Positions 63,101 through 64,000 of a DNA stretch of 64,000 bases are shown one piece after another. Position 1 is the first letter of the stretch. Every line of letters begins with the position of its first letter. Where the stretch lies: assembly GCA_021513715.1 (NCBI GenBank), contig CP084167.1, forward strand, positions 1,024,001 to 1,088,000. The letters run 5' to 3'. The position numbers and the translations under genes were made by a program. The notes beneath the pieces are model-generated. The model was not told the origin of the DNA. It did no database searches and saw nothing but the letters and a program-made list of their open reading frames with translations. The stretch is from Candidatus Heimdallarchaeum endolithica. GTDB taxonomy: Archaea > Asgardarchaeota > Heimdallarchaeia > Heimdallarchaeales > Heimdallarchaeaceae.

Positions 63101-64000
63101 GCTATCCTATTACTATTTATATCCAAGATACGCAAAATCATGAAAATTATTATTACTACACAATGACTATAAATAATTACCCAAATATTAACTTAAGCCC
63201 TACTACAACAATAAACGGTAGTCATGTAGCTGGTTTAATGGATATAAACGGTACAATTGACACGCAAAGATCATTAAAAAACACAACAATATACATAGAT
63301 AATATAGTTCAAGCGACATATACTGGAACATCTTTTAGTTTTGAGTGGAACACACTTTTGTTTGAAGATAATAAGCATATCATTACAATAAAATCCTATG
63401 ATTCAGAAGGCTATAATAATCAAACAACACTTGTATATGTTGTTGATAACTTACCTTCTATATGGATTACTAGTCCAGCAAACAATAGCATGATAACAAA
63501 TACTGAAAAGATAAATATTACAGTAGATTCATTTCCAATTTTAGATTCCATAAAAGTATATCTCAATTCTACCTTAATTGAAACAATTTCATCAAATAGT
63601 AGTGGAATTACATACTTTTCTGTTTCATTAGATTCAACTCTATTTGCAGATGGTTATTATATTTTAAAAGTTGAGGCAATTACTCAAATCACTACTACAA
63701 ATAGCACAAAAATACAAATTAATATCGACAACTTTCCTAATATAAATATTATTTCACCAGTAGAAAATGAAGAAGTTTATGACTTGTATCCAATAAACGT
63801 TCAAATTTCAGGCCCTCCCATCAAAAATAGTACTATAGCAATTGATGGTAAAATTGTAAGCATATTTTATCAAACAACAGGTTATATTTATTATTGGAAC
63901 ACTTCATTATACGCCGATGGTTATCACGAAATAATAGTTACTACGATTTCAGAATTTGATTTTATTAGCAGTGAAAATGTAAATGTATTTTCAAATAATG
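60136..64000 (+). CDS. Large secreted/surface protein with tandem Ig-like repeats (3'-truncated by window)
   Basis: Frame 1 appears open from GTG 60136 to the window end. N-terminal hydrophobic signal, then ~85-aa repeats of the P-x-I...Y-x-W/L-D/N-T...DG-x-Y/H type with many N-x-S/T sequons. Confidence 0.85.
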   Translation, partial: MVNIKREKIFSYLIILLFLLNPFSTVLIKDIENKDTKNNEITDIKPEHINSNIKNISNNPKSENKKTKIKNDYNKSSKIEEKNTKKLSVELKKYSNGSYVSGTIELYFTCSGVPKAQSMTLLINNQFKMWVLGSIGIYIWNTKTIDDGKYYLKLIVHTENKDYAFFWYIYVSNNITEEKVSNENVTTTKSDIKSAFLFIPPISSNTMQYISSNIDITIKNPANDSTVGGDVTIDANASSSVGTISEMRIYIDEELKKSVFDIDSITYLWSSYSNPDGNYNITIYAKDSDGGESTKTIFVQTNNHPDISFISPSNNETIIKGIYLIQGEAVCEDTISWFALRVDSLTVYNSSSSSISYNLDTVSYFDGRHTLELICKTIHSIETNLKYIVIIDNTKPVLFTDYPTNNTDIYGTITLTTSAFDVHFSKIQIIINGTTVYSNGNGSFTWKTINYEDAYYNVTTIASDTVGNSQKEYYLYKIDNVPNFHVKPEKIVIEGSQNFNITINCANELKFISLYFNGLLYYQTTSYNFSYLLDSLDFLDGNLTVLVKAIDTENVEYYYYTWVIVDNDPEITIDNDINNTYVHGILSLNCFSSSNHVTNISAILDNTEIAFNDSNYLSISIDTKTLATTNHNLTIVINGLYGQNSTYINFYVNNNPTIDSFIPLTGTKVFNEVSIEASITFENNPGIIIFYINGTVVYSISGSSSATYTWNTESYTDGTYNISVYCKDEFGFSNFTSNLIYLENTPEISFLDCTPANSTEIHATVFVAGYVTSIFDIDYVQLWFNNSLINSTNSKNFNFSINTLNYKDGQKNLTIIVKTLNSTTNYVYMQYYINNVPEIFLDSFNDGSKVGGNFLLKLHVESFFSDLILSLYINNELREQISNYQITYNWNTEELSDGNANITIYAECTGGNNISIAIVEIDNIPDIEIISPVSFNEKFIDNVLFDFIGSGYFNISNVSLFFDNNLIHSVTDTQYFTYNLDTTKYADNSYPITIYIQDTQNHENYYYYTMTINNYPNINLSPTTTINGSHVAGLMDINGTIDTQRSLKNTTIYIDNIVQATYTGTSFSFEWNTLLFEDNKHIITIKSYDSEGYNNQTTLVYVVDNLPSIWITSPANNSMITNTEKINITVDSFPILDSIKVYLNSTLIETISSNSSGITYFSVSLDSTLFADGYYILKVEAITQITTTNSTKIQINIDNFPNINIISPVENEEVYDLYPINVQISGPPIKNSTIAIDGKIVSIFYQTTGYIYYWNTSLYADGYHEIIVTTISEFDFISSENVNVFSNN

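Overview
AT-rich archaeal DNA with GGTGA-type Shine-Dalgarno motifs. Gene style suggests an Asgard (Heimdallarchaeia-like) host, which is an inference. Bases ~1.5-35 kb form a composite CRISPR-Cas island. It holds a CARF-nuclease effector, a divergent cas6, a type I-B module (cas8b, a separate in-frame cas11, cas7, cas5, cas3), an orphan wHTH protein, csx1, a full type III-A module (cas10, csm2-5, cas6), a tandem-HTH regulator, a DUF2797-like gene coupled to cas1-cas2-cas4, and a ~9 kb array (37-nt repeat, about 117 repeats by hand count). The most interesting unannotated signals are: (i) a GC-rich, highly structured ~250-nt element between the I-B and III-A modules, carrying a 15-codon Pro/Asp mini-ORF whose perfect SD is sequestered, with an overlapping antisense degenerate repeat-spacer-repeat unit (CreTA-like candidate); (ii) a small 2-TM gene bracketed by two related degenerate CRISPR repeats; (iii) a triple-AAA, Cdc48-clade ATPase followed by a cytoplasmic transglutaminase/coiled-coil protein; (iv) a coupled three-gene HEPN operon. 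The remainder is housekeeping and envelope genes: EamA transporter, HIT hydrolase, a secreted caspase-like protease, three HGSNAT-like acyltransferases, a GT-C glycosyltransferase, Lrp/glnA, an orphan methyltransferase, ChrB, an AhpD-like protein and a large Ig-repeat surface protein running off the window end.
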